Positions 21,375-28,555 of a stretch of 31,037 nt of DNA are shown one piece after another. Below the pieces are notes generated by a model. The model made no database searches. It was not told the DNA's origin and saw only the letters and a list, made by a program, of their open reading frames with translations. The position numbers and the translations under genes were made by a program. This DNA is from a virus (Duplodnaviria > Caudoviricetes), in the IMG/VR virus record IMGVR_UViG_3300020042_008065, positions 1-31,037 of that record. One strand, given 5' to 3'. How positions within the stretch are numbered: position 1 is the first letter of the stretch; each line of letters begins with the position of its first letter.

Positions 21375-21745
21375 ACAGACTCCTGTTCTGAATCATCTGC
21401 CATGATCTGATCCATGGGATCAAAAAAAGCATCCACTGTGTCTGTCAATTCTGGATCTAGTCCTGTGCGCTCAAGCCAGCGGCACCAGATGAGATCACGC
21501 TGGTCCCAACTGAGACTGCGATACTGACTCCAGGGCAAGGGCCAGGCCGGCACTGACTGACCTGTCACAACCGGTGTGCGTGGCCGTGCTGCAGGATAGA
21601 TCAAGGGAATTTTTTGGTATTGATCAGGGTGTGTGTCGCAGCGCAGCAGAATGGTGCTGCGAGAGACTTCATGTGCTTGTGCAGCAAGATCCACTGTGTC
21701 AAACACACCCTGAGCGGTGCGTATTTGGTATTTGGGTCTGGGCAT
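21371..21745 (-). CDS. Putative DNA-binding protein (NUMOD1-like HTH N-terminus), 124 aa
   Basis: G.F.T...AA.AH.VSRSTI..RC motif; GGAGG SD. Confidence 0.6.
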   Translation of the reverse strand: MPRPKYQIRTAQGVFDTVDLAAQAHEVSRSTILLRCDTHPDQYQKIPLIYPAARPRTPVVTGQSVPAWPLPWSQYRSLSWDQRDLIWCRWLERTGLDPELTDTVDAFFDPMDQIMADDSEQESV

Positions 21746-22221
21746 TATGCTGCCTCCTGGACGGAATAAACACCAGGTGCTGCGGCGTCAATGCCAAACT
21801 CCTGTGCTGCTTCTGCTGTGAAAATCAAGCCAGTTGACGGGCCATCGCGTGCAATACTCACACCTTCAGGCAAGTTTAGGAAATAAGGAGCCGCCCCTAC
21901 CCATACAGTATCGCTAGCAATATCAATGGGCTGTGAATAGCACCAGGTAGGCTCACCAAAACTCAACATTGTGCTGATGTGGCGGCTACCATCCCGTAGA
22001 AGTTTTTTACGCAGATTATTTTTGTGTATCTTGTAAACCACAATCACATCACCTTGCTGTTGTGCGTGTTTGATAAAAGTCACACGGCGAGCATATTTGT
22101 CATTGTCACAAAGGAATACTTGATTGGTATAAGTCTTGCCAGACTGTGGCATAATGTATCCTGTTTTTTGGATTGCGTGATGCCCTGCCAATGTGGTTCC
22201 ATGATAGTAATATTTGCTCAT
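21745..22221 (-). CDS. ADP-ribosyltransferase-fold protein, 158 aa
   Basis: YYHGT...I...G.I.P, VFL....A, VVYKI and W.Y..PI follow the strand order of H-clade ART folds. Confidence 0.6.
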   Translation of the reverse strand: MSKYYYHGTTLAGHHAIQKTGYIMPQSGKTYTNQVFLCDNDKYARRVTFIKHAQQQGDVIVVYKIHKNNLRKKLLRDGSRHISTMLSFGEPTWCYSQPIDIASDTVWVGAAPYFLNLPEGVSIARDGPSTGLIFTAEAAQEFGIDAAAPGVYSVQEAA

Positions 22222-22451
22222 GCTGCCTCCAGGATCTGAGTGTCGCCTTCATATACTTCACCTGCTTCAGTCACAGAACGAGTGGCCGGCTCATGGCCTG
22301 TCCAGGTAGCCTCAACCCATTCTTCAACAGAGCCATAGTCAGGATGCTCGCCTGATTTTATCTGTGCCAACATGTCTGGCGAGATCTCAAGATCCCATTC
22401 ATCCCTAAAGTTAGTTTCAAAAACACCAGTTCTGACGTAAGTGATTTTCAT
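22218..22451 (-). CDS. Small acidic early protein, 77 aa
   Basis: GGAG SD; coupled stop/start at both ends. Confidence 0.7.
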   Translation of the reverse strand: MKITYVRTGVFETNFRDEWDLEISPDMLAQIKSGEHPDYGSVEEWVEATWTGHEPATRSVTEAGEVYEGDTQILEAA

Positions 22452-22759
22452 TATGCTGTCTCCAATTCTAATGCCAATTCAAGTTGATCTGTGATGTCAT
22501 GATCATCTTGCTCATAAACAAGTTCACACAGTTGATCGTGCTGTTCCGCAGTGATGTTGCTGTTTTCAAGAAACTCAATCCAGGCGTCATACAAGGCAGA
22601 TCGTGTGTCATCCCAGAGCCAGCCATGTTGTTTGGCCCGGGGATCCATACGGCATCGCACCGCTGCGGGCAGGCTGTAGTAGGCATAAAATTCCAGGAAT
22701 TTCTGCTCTAAATCTGCAGTGATGGGCATGTGATATGTGCCAATGGTAATAGTTTTCAT
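22451..22759 (-). CDS. Small early protein, 102 aa
   Basis: GAGG SD; ATGA coupling. Confidence 0.7.
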   Translation of the reverse strand: MKTITIGTYHMPITADLEQKFLEFYAYYSLPAAVRCRMDPRAKQHGWLWDDTRSALYDAWIEFLENSNITAEQHDQLCELVYEQDDHDITDQLELALELETA

Positions 22760-22921
22760 TCTGCGGCCTCTTCAATCAGTTGATAAGTTTCTGTGGTCAG
22801 TGTGCGTATCAAACGCAGGGCTGTTTTCAATGTGATGTTTTCTCTACCAAACAAATGGCACTCCAGGCCGTTTAATTGACCATAAACTTCCAAACGATAT
22901 GTTTTCATTCTGCGGCCTCTT
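22752..22921 (+). repeat. 21-bp exact direct repeat gttttcattctgcggcctctt (22752-22772, 22901-22921)
   Basis: Read directly; each copy is a gene junction (SD plus ATGA). Confidence 0.9.
22756..22908 (-). CDS. Small early protein, 50 aa (MKTYRLEV...)
   Basis: Start reassigned to ATG 22908 (GAGG SD, ATGA overlap). Confidence 0.65.
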   Translation of the reverse strand: MKTYRLEVYGQLNGLECHLFGRENITLKTALRLIRTLTTETYQLIEEAAE

Positions 22922-23207
22922 TCAACAAATCCATAAAAACAGCATGTTGTTTTGTAGGTATAGCATACCACACAGCAAGATTAGTCATTCCTGGACGACT
23001 ACGATGACTGGTCAATTCTGCTAACATGTGCAACTGATCAAATAACGCCTGCGGCACAGTAAAAATGCTGCCAAGACCGTTGTCTGAATCACCAGCATCA
23101 TCGTAATCCAGTTTGTGGGAAAATTTAGTTCCCAACTCAATACTCACAATGTGATCTGCTGAACTAAAATCACGCTGGCGATTAAAAAGTATTAAAAAGC
23201 CTATCAT
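22905..23207 (-). CDS. Small early protein, 100 aa (MIGFLILF...)
   Basis: GAGGTG SD; ATGA overlap. Confidence 0.7.
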   Translation of the reverse strand: MIGFLILFNRQRDFSSADHIVSIELGTKFSHKLDYDDAGDSDNGLGSIFTVPQALFDQLHMLAELTSHRSRPGMTNLAVWYAIPTKQHAVFMDLLKEAAE

Positions 23208-23461
23208 TCTGTCACCTCTACAAACCAAGACTCAAGAAAGTCCATGTTATAACTTTTCACACTCACGCTGTATTCGTGATCAATAGGGTCTGTAAGGTCA
23301 TTCAAGAACAACATCAAATCGCCTTTGGCAATGTCATCAAACTTGCCCTCTGCTGTAGGATTAGTTGGCACAAACCAAGTCTCACCTGTTTCGTCAACAC
23401 AGGCTAACACTTTTAATACCATTTGGTGATTGCGATCACGATATAGTTTATAGTCTGACAT
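23204..23461 (-). CDS. Small early protein, 85 aa (MSDYKLY...)
   Basis: AAGGAG SD; first gene after promoter P3. Confidence 0.75.
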   Translation of the reverse strand: MSDYKLYRDRNHQMVLKVLACVDETGETWFVPTNPTAEGKFDDIAKGDLMLFLNDLTDPIDHEYSVSVKSYNMDFLESWFVEVTE

Positions 23462-23495
23462 TTGTTGCTCCTTGAAGCGTTGTTGATAAGTTGTT

Positions 23496-23559
23496 AGTAT
23501 AGCACAAGTGCCAATAAGGGTCAAACAGGGGCTCGTGCCCCTGTTGTGTTTTTACAACA
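23496..23559 (-). promoter_or_regulatory. Sigma70 early promoter P3 with hairpin and TGTTG-N8-CAACA palindrome
   Basis: TTGACC (23519-24)-17-TATACT (23496-501); 9-bp hairpin at 23524-23545; palindrome at 23542-23559. Confidence 0.85.
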
Positions 23560-23809
23560 CTCGTTTGTGTGATTCAAACGCCACGCTCTCGCGAATGTGC
23601 TTTTGGTAAGTCTGACGGCACTCTGGCACTTCACGCAAGATGCGTTGGATTCCCGGATGCTGATCAAACTCCTGGCGACTTGGTCCGGACAGCATAAACT
23701 CTGTGATAGTTTTGAGACCTTGTTCAATCAGGCCTTTGCGACTGATGTCGTCAAAATACCACATCCGGTCACCTTGCTTGAGGTAATACAATTCTACCGG
23801 ATTAGACAT
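23552..23809 (-). CDS. Small early protein, 85 aa (MSNPVELYY...)
   Basis: Start reassigned to ATG 23809, which overlaps the upstream gene end. Confidence 0.65.
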   Translation of the reverse strand: MSNPVELYYLKQGDRMWYFDDISRKGLIEQGLKTITEFMLSGPSRQEFDQHPGIQRILREVPECRQTYQKHIRESVAFESHKRVL

Positions 23810-24026
23810 TTTGTGGTGCCCTTTTTGTGAGTTCTGCGGCTTCACGCAGGGTCATGTCAGGGAATGTGTCAGTGAGATACTGACGATACTCAATCAAGGC
23901 GTTGTTGATCCAGGTATCAAATTGATGCCCTTTGTAGTGACTGCGAACATCAGCAACGTCATCAAACCTGCCGTCATGGGCTTTGCGAGTTGCGAACTCG
24001 TGAAACGCGATTGCTTGCTTGGACAT
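23802..24026 (-). CDS. Small early protein, 74 aa (MSKQAIAF...)
   Basis: AGGAG SD; first gene after promoter P2. Confidence 0.75.
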   Translation of the reverse strand: MSKQAIAFHEFATRKAHDGRFDDVADVRSHYKGHQFDTWINNALIEYRQYLTDTFPDMTLREAAELTKRAPQNV

Positions 24027-24085
24027 AGTGTCTCTCCTGTATAAACAACTCATTTTGCGATGTGCTTTTTGCTGTCTATGTGTGT

Positions 24086-24150
24086 ATTATATACGAAATT
24101 GCAATATTGGTCAAATCAGGCACTCTTGTGCCTGTTGTATTTTTACAACA
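24086..24150 (-). promoter_or_regulatory. Sigma70 early promoter P2 with hairpin and TGTTG-N8-CAACA palindrome
   Basis: TTGACC (24109-14)-17-TATAAT (24086-91); 7-bp hairpin at 24117-24134; palindrome at 24133-24150. Confidence 0.9.
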
Positions 24151-24155
24151 ACTTG

Positions 24156-24359
24156 TTAGATCAAGTCTTTGTTGTAGATTGCATTGTAAAGTTCATTGTT
24201 GATTTTAGTCACAGCCAATTCAGTAGCCTCAGACATATTTTCATAGTCTTCATTGCCAATGATATCTAAATGCAGACCAAACACAATCTCTTCAATTGCT
24301 GTAAGTTTAGCCACCAATTGTGCGTGTGTAAGTTCTGTGAGTGCTGTTGCGTTTTGCAT
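24156..24359 (-). CDS. Small early protein, 67 aa (MQNATALT...)
   Basis: AGGA SD; only gene between P1 and P2. Confidence 0.75.
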   Translation of the reverse strand: MQNATALTELTHAQLVAKLTAIEEIVFGLHLDIIGNEDYENMSEATELAVTKINNELYNAIYNKDLI

Positions 24360-24418
24360 AGTGTAGTTCCTGTATAAACAACTCATTTTGCTGTGTGCTT
24401 TTTGCTGTCTATGTGTGT

Positions 24419-24472
24419 ATTATAGCACTAGACGTCTTATTGGTCAAATCACAGTGTTGTTTTTATGCAACA
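24419..24472 (-). promoter_or_regulatory. Sigma70 early promoter P1 with TGTTG-N8-CAACA palindrome
   Basis: TTGACC (24442-47)-17-TATAAT (24419-24); palindrome at 24455-24472. Confidence 0.9.
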
Positions 24473-24623
24473 CAAATTTAAGGTGCAGATCTCGCTGAGA
24501 TCGCTTGTGTTCCAGCGGTCCTAGTAGTGATCCTGGTTGTCTTGCTTTTTGCAGGGATTTTTCCTAGTCTAGCGGTGTCTGCGCACAGGGTTTTAGGCAG
24601 TTTCACAGCAGAAATCATCAGAT

Positions 24624-25178
24624 TCACCGGGTGATAGGCCGTTGCCATATTTGCCTGTTGTTGCGAAACCATCCCATGTGCTCACCTGCCAGGATGAATG
24701 TGTCAAGGTCTGCTTCTGTGTCCCAGCGTCTGCGGAATCCCTGCTGCTGTGCATGATAGGTCCAGAACTCAGGAGCCTGACAGTTGATGTGTCCCACGCC
24801 ACCTTGGCCTGGCTGTGCCGCTGACCAAACAACCCAGCCTCCAGGCTCACAGTTTTGCCACACACTATGAACCACCTGTGCTGACAGACTGTGGTCAATG
24901 TGTTCAGCCACTTCCAGACATATCACAACAGGTGCAGGTGCATGCACCTGCAGCAGATCCTGAGTGTGCACCAAGTCCGGACAAGGCTGTGGTTGTGTAA
25001 CATCATAGCCTTGAGCAGGTACACCTCTTGCACGAAGTTCTTGAACATAAACTCCTGTGCCTGCTCCTAGATCCACCACAGGTCCTGACCAACGCAGGTC
25101 AATCCACTGGGCCAAACGGCGTGCAAAAGGACGCTCTTCCTGATCCATTCGTGCATAATCAAAACTAGTGTTGCTCAT
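24624..25178 (-). CDS. Class I SAM-dependent methyltransferase, 184 aa
   Basis: VVDLGAGTG motif I, ICLEVAEHI and WSAA.PGQGG.GHINCQ; start reassigned to ATG 25178 (GGAGA SD, ATGA overlap). Confidence 0.88.
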   Translation of the reverse strand: MSNTSFDYARMDQEERPFARRLAQWIDLRWSGPVVDLGAGTGVYVQELRARGVPAQGYDVTQPQPCPDLVHTQDLLQVHAPAPVVICLEVAEHIDHSLSAQVVHSVWQNCEPGGWVVWSAAQPGQGGVGHINCQAPEFWTYHAQQQGFRRRWDTEADLDTFILAGEHMGWFRNNRQIWQRPITR

Positions 25179-25552
25179 TTGTTTGGTATCTCCACACCAT
25201 TGATGCTGTTGATCACTTCTCGTATGGTCATGCACAGTCTCCAGGTACGACCTTTGTTGTGACTCTGATCCATGCAGCGTGTGTGACCGCCTGAATCTGT
25301 GTCCCAGGCTTCTCTTGCTGCCCACACAGCTTCACGATTGAATGCTTGAAAATTGCCACGACATTCACGCTCCAGCATTTCCATGGCTTGAATTGTGTCA
25401 CTCCAGAATTCATTGCGTATTTCTGCTGCATTCAGTAGACCTTTCCAGATCATGCGATTGTCTGTTTCAATCGCACGTCCGGTGTCTTGAATTATGCCAT
25501 TCAAGAGATCTGTGATGGCTTCACAGTTTTTTATGCCTGCAACTAGACTCAT
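25175..25552 (-). CDS. Hypothetical protein, 125 aa
   Basis: ATGA-coupled to both neighbours. Confidence 0.7.
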   Translation of the reverse strand: MSLVAGIKNCEAITDLLNGIIQDTGRAIETDNRMIWKGLLNAAEIRNEFWSDTIQAMEMLERECRGNFQAFNREAVWAAREAWDTDSGGHTRCMDQSHNKGRTWRLCMTIREVINSINGVEIPNK

Positions 25553-26634
25553 AACTGCTCCCATCCGGTGCCTGAATACACATCTGTGATGGCAGCAAAC
25601 CAGGCTTCAAACTCTGGTGCCACTGATTCAAGACTGTATCTCATGCCACGCTCACGACAGGCTGAGGGTGATATGGTGTGTGCTGCCAGTATGGCATCAC
25701 GATATTCCCGCAAGGTGTGACACAGGAATCCTGTTTGGTCAGTTTGTATTTCAGCGAACGCACCAAAGTGCGGTGTGATTATGGGTGTGCCTGACAACAA
25801 GGCTTCCACCACAACACCACCAAATGGTTCCAGGTATGTGGTGGCAATGATCAAGGCTCTTGCATTGGCCATGAGCGTTCTTCGTTGTTCAGTGTCTGCA
25901 TAGCCCAGTTCCTCAACCCAGGGCGGTGTGTTGGTGTAGCCAAGATCACTCAAGCGTCCTTGCCCTGCTATTTTGAGGCGGTAGCCTGCGGCTTCACAGG
26001 CCTTGATACAAGTGGTAATGCCTTTGATCTCTGCTACTCTGCCCAGGAACAACACATAGTCTTGTTTGGTTTCCGTGTAGTCAAAGTCATCTGGATCAAA
26101 GTAGTTGGGTATCACCCAGGAATACCAGTTTTGTGGCGCAGCAGTGCCTTCCACAACTGCTCGCACAGCATGACTTTCATAGGCACGCCACTTGGCAAAG
26201 TGTCCTGAGGTGTAGCCAATGCCGGGCTCCACAGCAATCACGCCCAGTGTTTCTGCAAAGCGGGCCACTGACTGATGACCAAATCCCCAGGTGCACAACA
26301 GGAAGTCGCCCTTTTGTGCTCGCCGTTGTATCTCAGGAATCACACGACTGTTGTAGGTCACATTGGCATAGTCAAACACATTGTGCTTGAACTGATGTCT
26401 GCGCCAGTCATGTGAGCCATAGGCCTTTTCAAGCACAGCATTGTCAGTCACAGTGACATGTTCTGAACACACCACATCTGACGCCTCATGACCGTAGTGG
26501 ATCACTGTGTGTCCGCGATCAGTCATCATTTTGGCAAATTTCAACACCTTTTGTGTGTAAGCACAGGCCACATAATCTTTATGGGTTATGGTGTGCGGAA
26601 TGGCCAGCAAGTGGAATCTATATCGTTTTGTCAT
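25549..26634 (-). CDS. Glycosyltransferase, GT-B fold (GT4-like), 361 aa
   Basis: RGH.V, VIPNYFD, LFLGRV...KG and EPFG.V.VEALLSGTP.I (E-X7-E). Confidence 0.92.
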   Translation of the reverse strand: MTKRYRFHLLAIPHTITHKDYVACAYTQKVLKFAKMMTDRGHTVIHYGHEASDVVCSEHVTVTDNAVLEKAYGSHDWRRHQFKHNVFDYANVTYNSRVIPEIQRRAQKGDFLLCTWGFGHQSVARFAETLGVIAVEPGIGYTSGHFAKWRAYESHAVRAVVEGTAAPQNWYSWVIPNYFDPDDFDYTETKQDYVLFLGRVAEIKGITTCIKACEAAGYRLKIAGQGRLSDLGYTNTPPWVEELGYADTEQRRTLMANARALIIATTYLEPFGGVVVEALLSGTPIITPHFGAFAEIQTDQTGFLCHTLREYRDAILAAHTISPSACRERGMRYSLESVAPEFEAWFAAITDVYSGTGWEQL

Positions 26635-26962
26635 TGAGTTTCTTTCTGTCTAGTTTGATCTGTTGTTGTCGCTGATGAAATACCTCACGTGTGACCAGGT
26701 CCACATTGCTTACACTCCAGGGCAGTCGCCAGTTCTTTCTCATCAGCATGATACCGTCTGCTAGGCGACTTCTGCGGTGCCATTGATCTGCCCACACAGC
26801 TTCATACTGAGCAAATGTCAAGGCCCAGGTCTCTCCACGAAAGTGTGCCTGAGCCCGGCTTCTGCTCCAGGCAGTGTGCTGAGCATGACGTACAGGATCT
26901 GGACCTGTTTGCCACACATGCGGTCTTGGTCCACGGGGATAGTTGCCAGTTGTGGTTGTCAT
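26618..26962 (-). CDS. Degenerate HNH-like / nucleic-acid-binding protein, 114 aa, leaderless
   Basis: A..RG..W.LTF......W...W..R...M.R....PW...NV pattern; catalytic residues not evident; TAAATA-N4-ATG. Confidence 0.55.
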   Translation of the reverse strand: MTTTTGNYPRGPRPHVWQTGPDPVRHAQHTAWSRSRAQAHFRGETWALTFAQYEAVWADQWHRRSRLADGIMLMRKNWRLPWSVSNVDLVTREVFHQRQQQIKLDRKKLNDKTI

Positions 26963-27201
26963 GTTGTATTTAGCATATTACGATATCTTGTGTTATTTTG
27001 CAAGGTTTTTGATGCCGCGGGCCTGGCAGTTGTGATCCAGGGTATGTCTATCTCACGCAACACCTTTAATTCATCTTTGCCAAGCCATTTGAACCAGTGA
27101 CCGTGCGGAATACAAAACAGTCCCCAATGAGGTCCTCGCTTTTGTATATCACACGCACAACAGGAGTGATCTAGGGATTTTTTCTTGTGCTTTTTGGTCA
27201 T
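26959..27201 (-). CDS. Small basic Cys/His protein, 80 aa (MTKKHKKK...)
   Basis: AAGGA SD before ATG 27201; H..C.C...H..L.C..H..W.KW is a possible Zn site. Confidence 0.65.
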   Translation of the reverse strand: MTKKHKKKSLDHSCCACDIQKRGPHWGLFCIPHGHWFKWLGKDELKVLREIDIPWITTARPAASKTLQNNTRYRNMLNTT

Positions 27202-27220
27202 GTGCGAGTTCCTTAAGAGA

Positions 27221-28049
27221 TCCACTACAATAGGGTATAGTTGTGTTGTTGTTATTTCTTTTCAAAATTAACTCTAAATCCAGTTCTCTCAAGAACTCTT
27301 GCACTCAAAGAGGTGTGATCTATCTCACTCTCACAACTCCATCCATCATGTTCCAGAAAATGCCGGTTATTGGTTTCACAAAGAAACTCACGAATCTCAT
27401 TGAGAACCTGTCTTTCTAGATCAAAATACACACTCCACTTCTGACGACTTGAAATAGCAAGCATTCGTTCACGATTGTTTTTGTCTTGCTTGCTTCGTCG
27501 TGACATTGTGGGCTTGATGTAATCCCAACAGGTCTTTATGTCTGCTCGTAATTGAGTCATGTACTTGTGCTGTTGTAAGAAACGGATTCGTGCCACATCT
27601 CCTGACAGCAATTTGTAAATCTCAGTTGTGGGGTTCGCACTTAACTTTGCCCCTGCCAGCAAGGCATTGATGATGCGTTTGATAATTTCTGGATCTACAT
27701 CTGCTTGCTGTGCAATTTGTTTGCGGATGCTTTGGCGATCACGCAAGTAATCACGCAGGGCAAATAGATACAGATCCATAGGCCCTTGCTGCCATTTGCT
27801 ATTGTGGACGACTTGTTGTATTTGTTGTGCGTGTTGATGTATCAAGGTCATAGCACAGCATTCAACATCATAGTGATGTTTGTATCCGTTTTGCTCCAGC
27901 ACAGTTTTTTTGTAATTACGTTTGAAGTTCTGTAGCGGATGCCAAAGACGGCTACTTTGATCATTGTAAGCAAAACTGCCTGTGTTGAGTTCTGACTGAT
28001 ACTCTGCTTGAGCAACTTCCACTACAATAGGGTATAGTTGTGTTGTTGT
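27221..28049 (+). repeat. 32-bp exact direct repeat tccactacaatagggtatagttgtgttgttgt (27221-27252, 28018-28049)
   Basis: Read directly; one copy is at the stop codon and one is inside the 362-aa gene. Confidence 0.92.
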
Positions 28050-28340
28050 GTTATTTTTTATCAACCCAATGGATTCGCAAAGATCGTCAACTCCTGTTTG
28101 ATTTAACACATACTCTTTGCACTTGCCTGTGTCTTTGCTCCAGTGACTGTTGGTCTCAATCAGCAGTTGTTGCCGCAGATACCTGCAGAGATCATTTCGC
28201 TGACTACCAAACCACTTGTCAATGTATCTTGTGCTCCACTGTTGTGATTTGGTCGTGCTGATTACTCCTGAAGCAAAGCCAATGGCTCGCCGGATTCGTC
28301 GTTGGACCCTGGGGTCACTAAAGTTGGGTGTGTACGCCAT
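27252..28340 (-). CDS. Minimal family-A polymerase-fold protein (TV-Pol-like putative primase-polymerase/replication protein), 362 aa
   Basis: Ordered motifs RLWHPLQN, YDVECCAMTL (motif A Asp), R..IA.......K...NALLAG (motif B), YF.LER and LEHDG (motif C); no exonuclease domain; basic N-terminal domain. Confidence 0.7.
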   Translation of the reverse strand: MAYTPNFSDPRVQRRIRRAIGFASGVISTTKSQQWSTRYIDKWFGSQRNDLCRYLRQQLLIETNSHWSKDTGKCKEYVLNQTGVDDLCESIGLIKNNTTTQLYPIVVEVAQAEYQSELNTGSFAYNDQSSRLWHPLQNFKRNYKKTVLEQNGYKHHYDVECCAMTLIHQHAQQIQQVVHNSKWQQGPMDLYLFALRDYLRDRQSIRKQIAQQADVDPEIIKRIINALLAGAKLSANPTTEIYKLLSGDVARIRFLQQHKYMTQLRADIKTCWDYIKPTMSRRSKQDKNNRERMLAISSRQKWSVYFDLERQVLNEIREFLCETNNRHFLEHDGWSCESEIDHTSLSARVLERTGFRVNFEKK

Positions 28341-28358
28341 TTGCTGCTCCTATACTGT

Positions 28359-28387
28359 ATTATATAGTATTGTAGTGGAAAAATCAA
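28359..28387 (-). promoter_or_regulatory. Sigma70 promoter of the polymerase-like gene, overlapped by an inverted partial copy of the 32-bp repeat
   Basis: TTGATT (28382-87)-17-TATAAT (28359-64); 28368-28380 tattgtagtggaa is the reverse complement of 28017-28029. Confidence 0.8.
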
Positions 28388-28409
28388 GGTTTAACGGCAA
28401 AATTCAGTC

Positions 28410-28430
28410 AAAAAAAAGCCTGCAGCAGGC
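28410..28430 (-). terminator. Intrinsic terminator
   Basis: GCCTG-CTG-CAGGC followed by T8 on the minus strand. Confidence 0.8.
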
Positions 28431-28551
28431 AGGGTGTTGGAGCAGGACGGGGTGTGTTTTTATAGGAACCAAATATCAGCGTGACATTGTGATTGGACTC
28501 TTCCCGTTGAGTCTGCGTTTAGATCACTTGTGAATGATCCCTTGCTCCAAC
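28410..28551 (-). ncRNA. Candidate structured ncRNA (~140 nt), multibranch
   Basis: Starts 4 nt after TAAATA; 5' GUUGGAGCA pairs with 3' UGCUCCAAC; three internal hairpins, two with minus-strand G-U pairs; ends at the terminator. Confidence 0.7.
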
Positions 28552-28555
28552 TGAG

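Larger units (their letters stand above)
24024..24451 (+). repeat. Duplicated promoter/leader unit (24024-24118 vs 24357-24451)
   Basis: 63 of 68 nt identical from the ATG to the -10 box, plus 14 identical nt around the -35; offset 333 bp. Confidence 0.9.

Noticed and set aside
24027-24386. Shared MSCLYR N-termini of two ORFs as a peptide motif
   Set aside because: These codons lie in the duplicated leader; the SD sits downstream and points to ATGs at 24026 and 24359.
24478-24672. Small basic ORF after the methyltransferase
   Set aside because: No clear SD or motif. It could be real from ATG 24618, but I cannot support it.
27221-28049. 32-bp repeat as a CRISPR array or att site
   Set aside because: There are only two copies, 797 bp apart, and no cas or integrase gene.
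28436-28551. ncRNA as a tRNA, tmRNA or retron msr-msd
   Set aside because: It has no TTC-loop T arm, CCA end or correct arm lengths, and the neighbouring protein has no RT YxDD motif.
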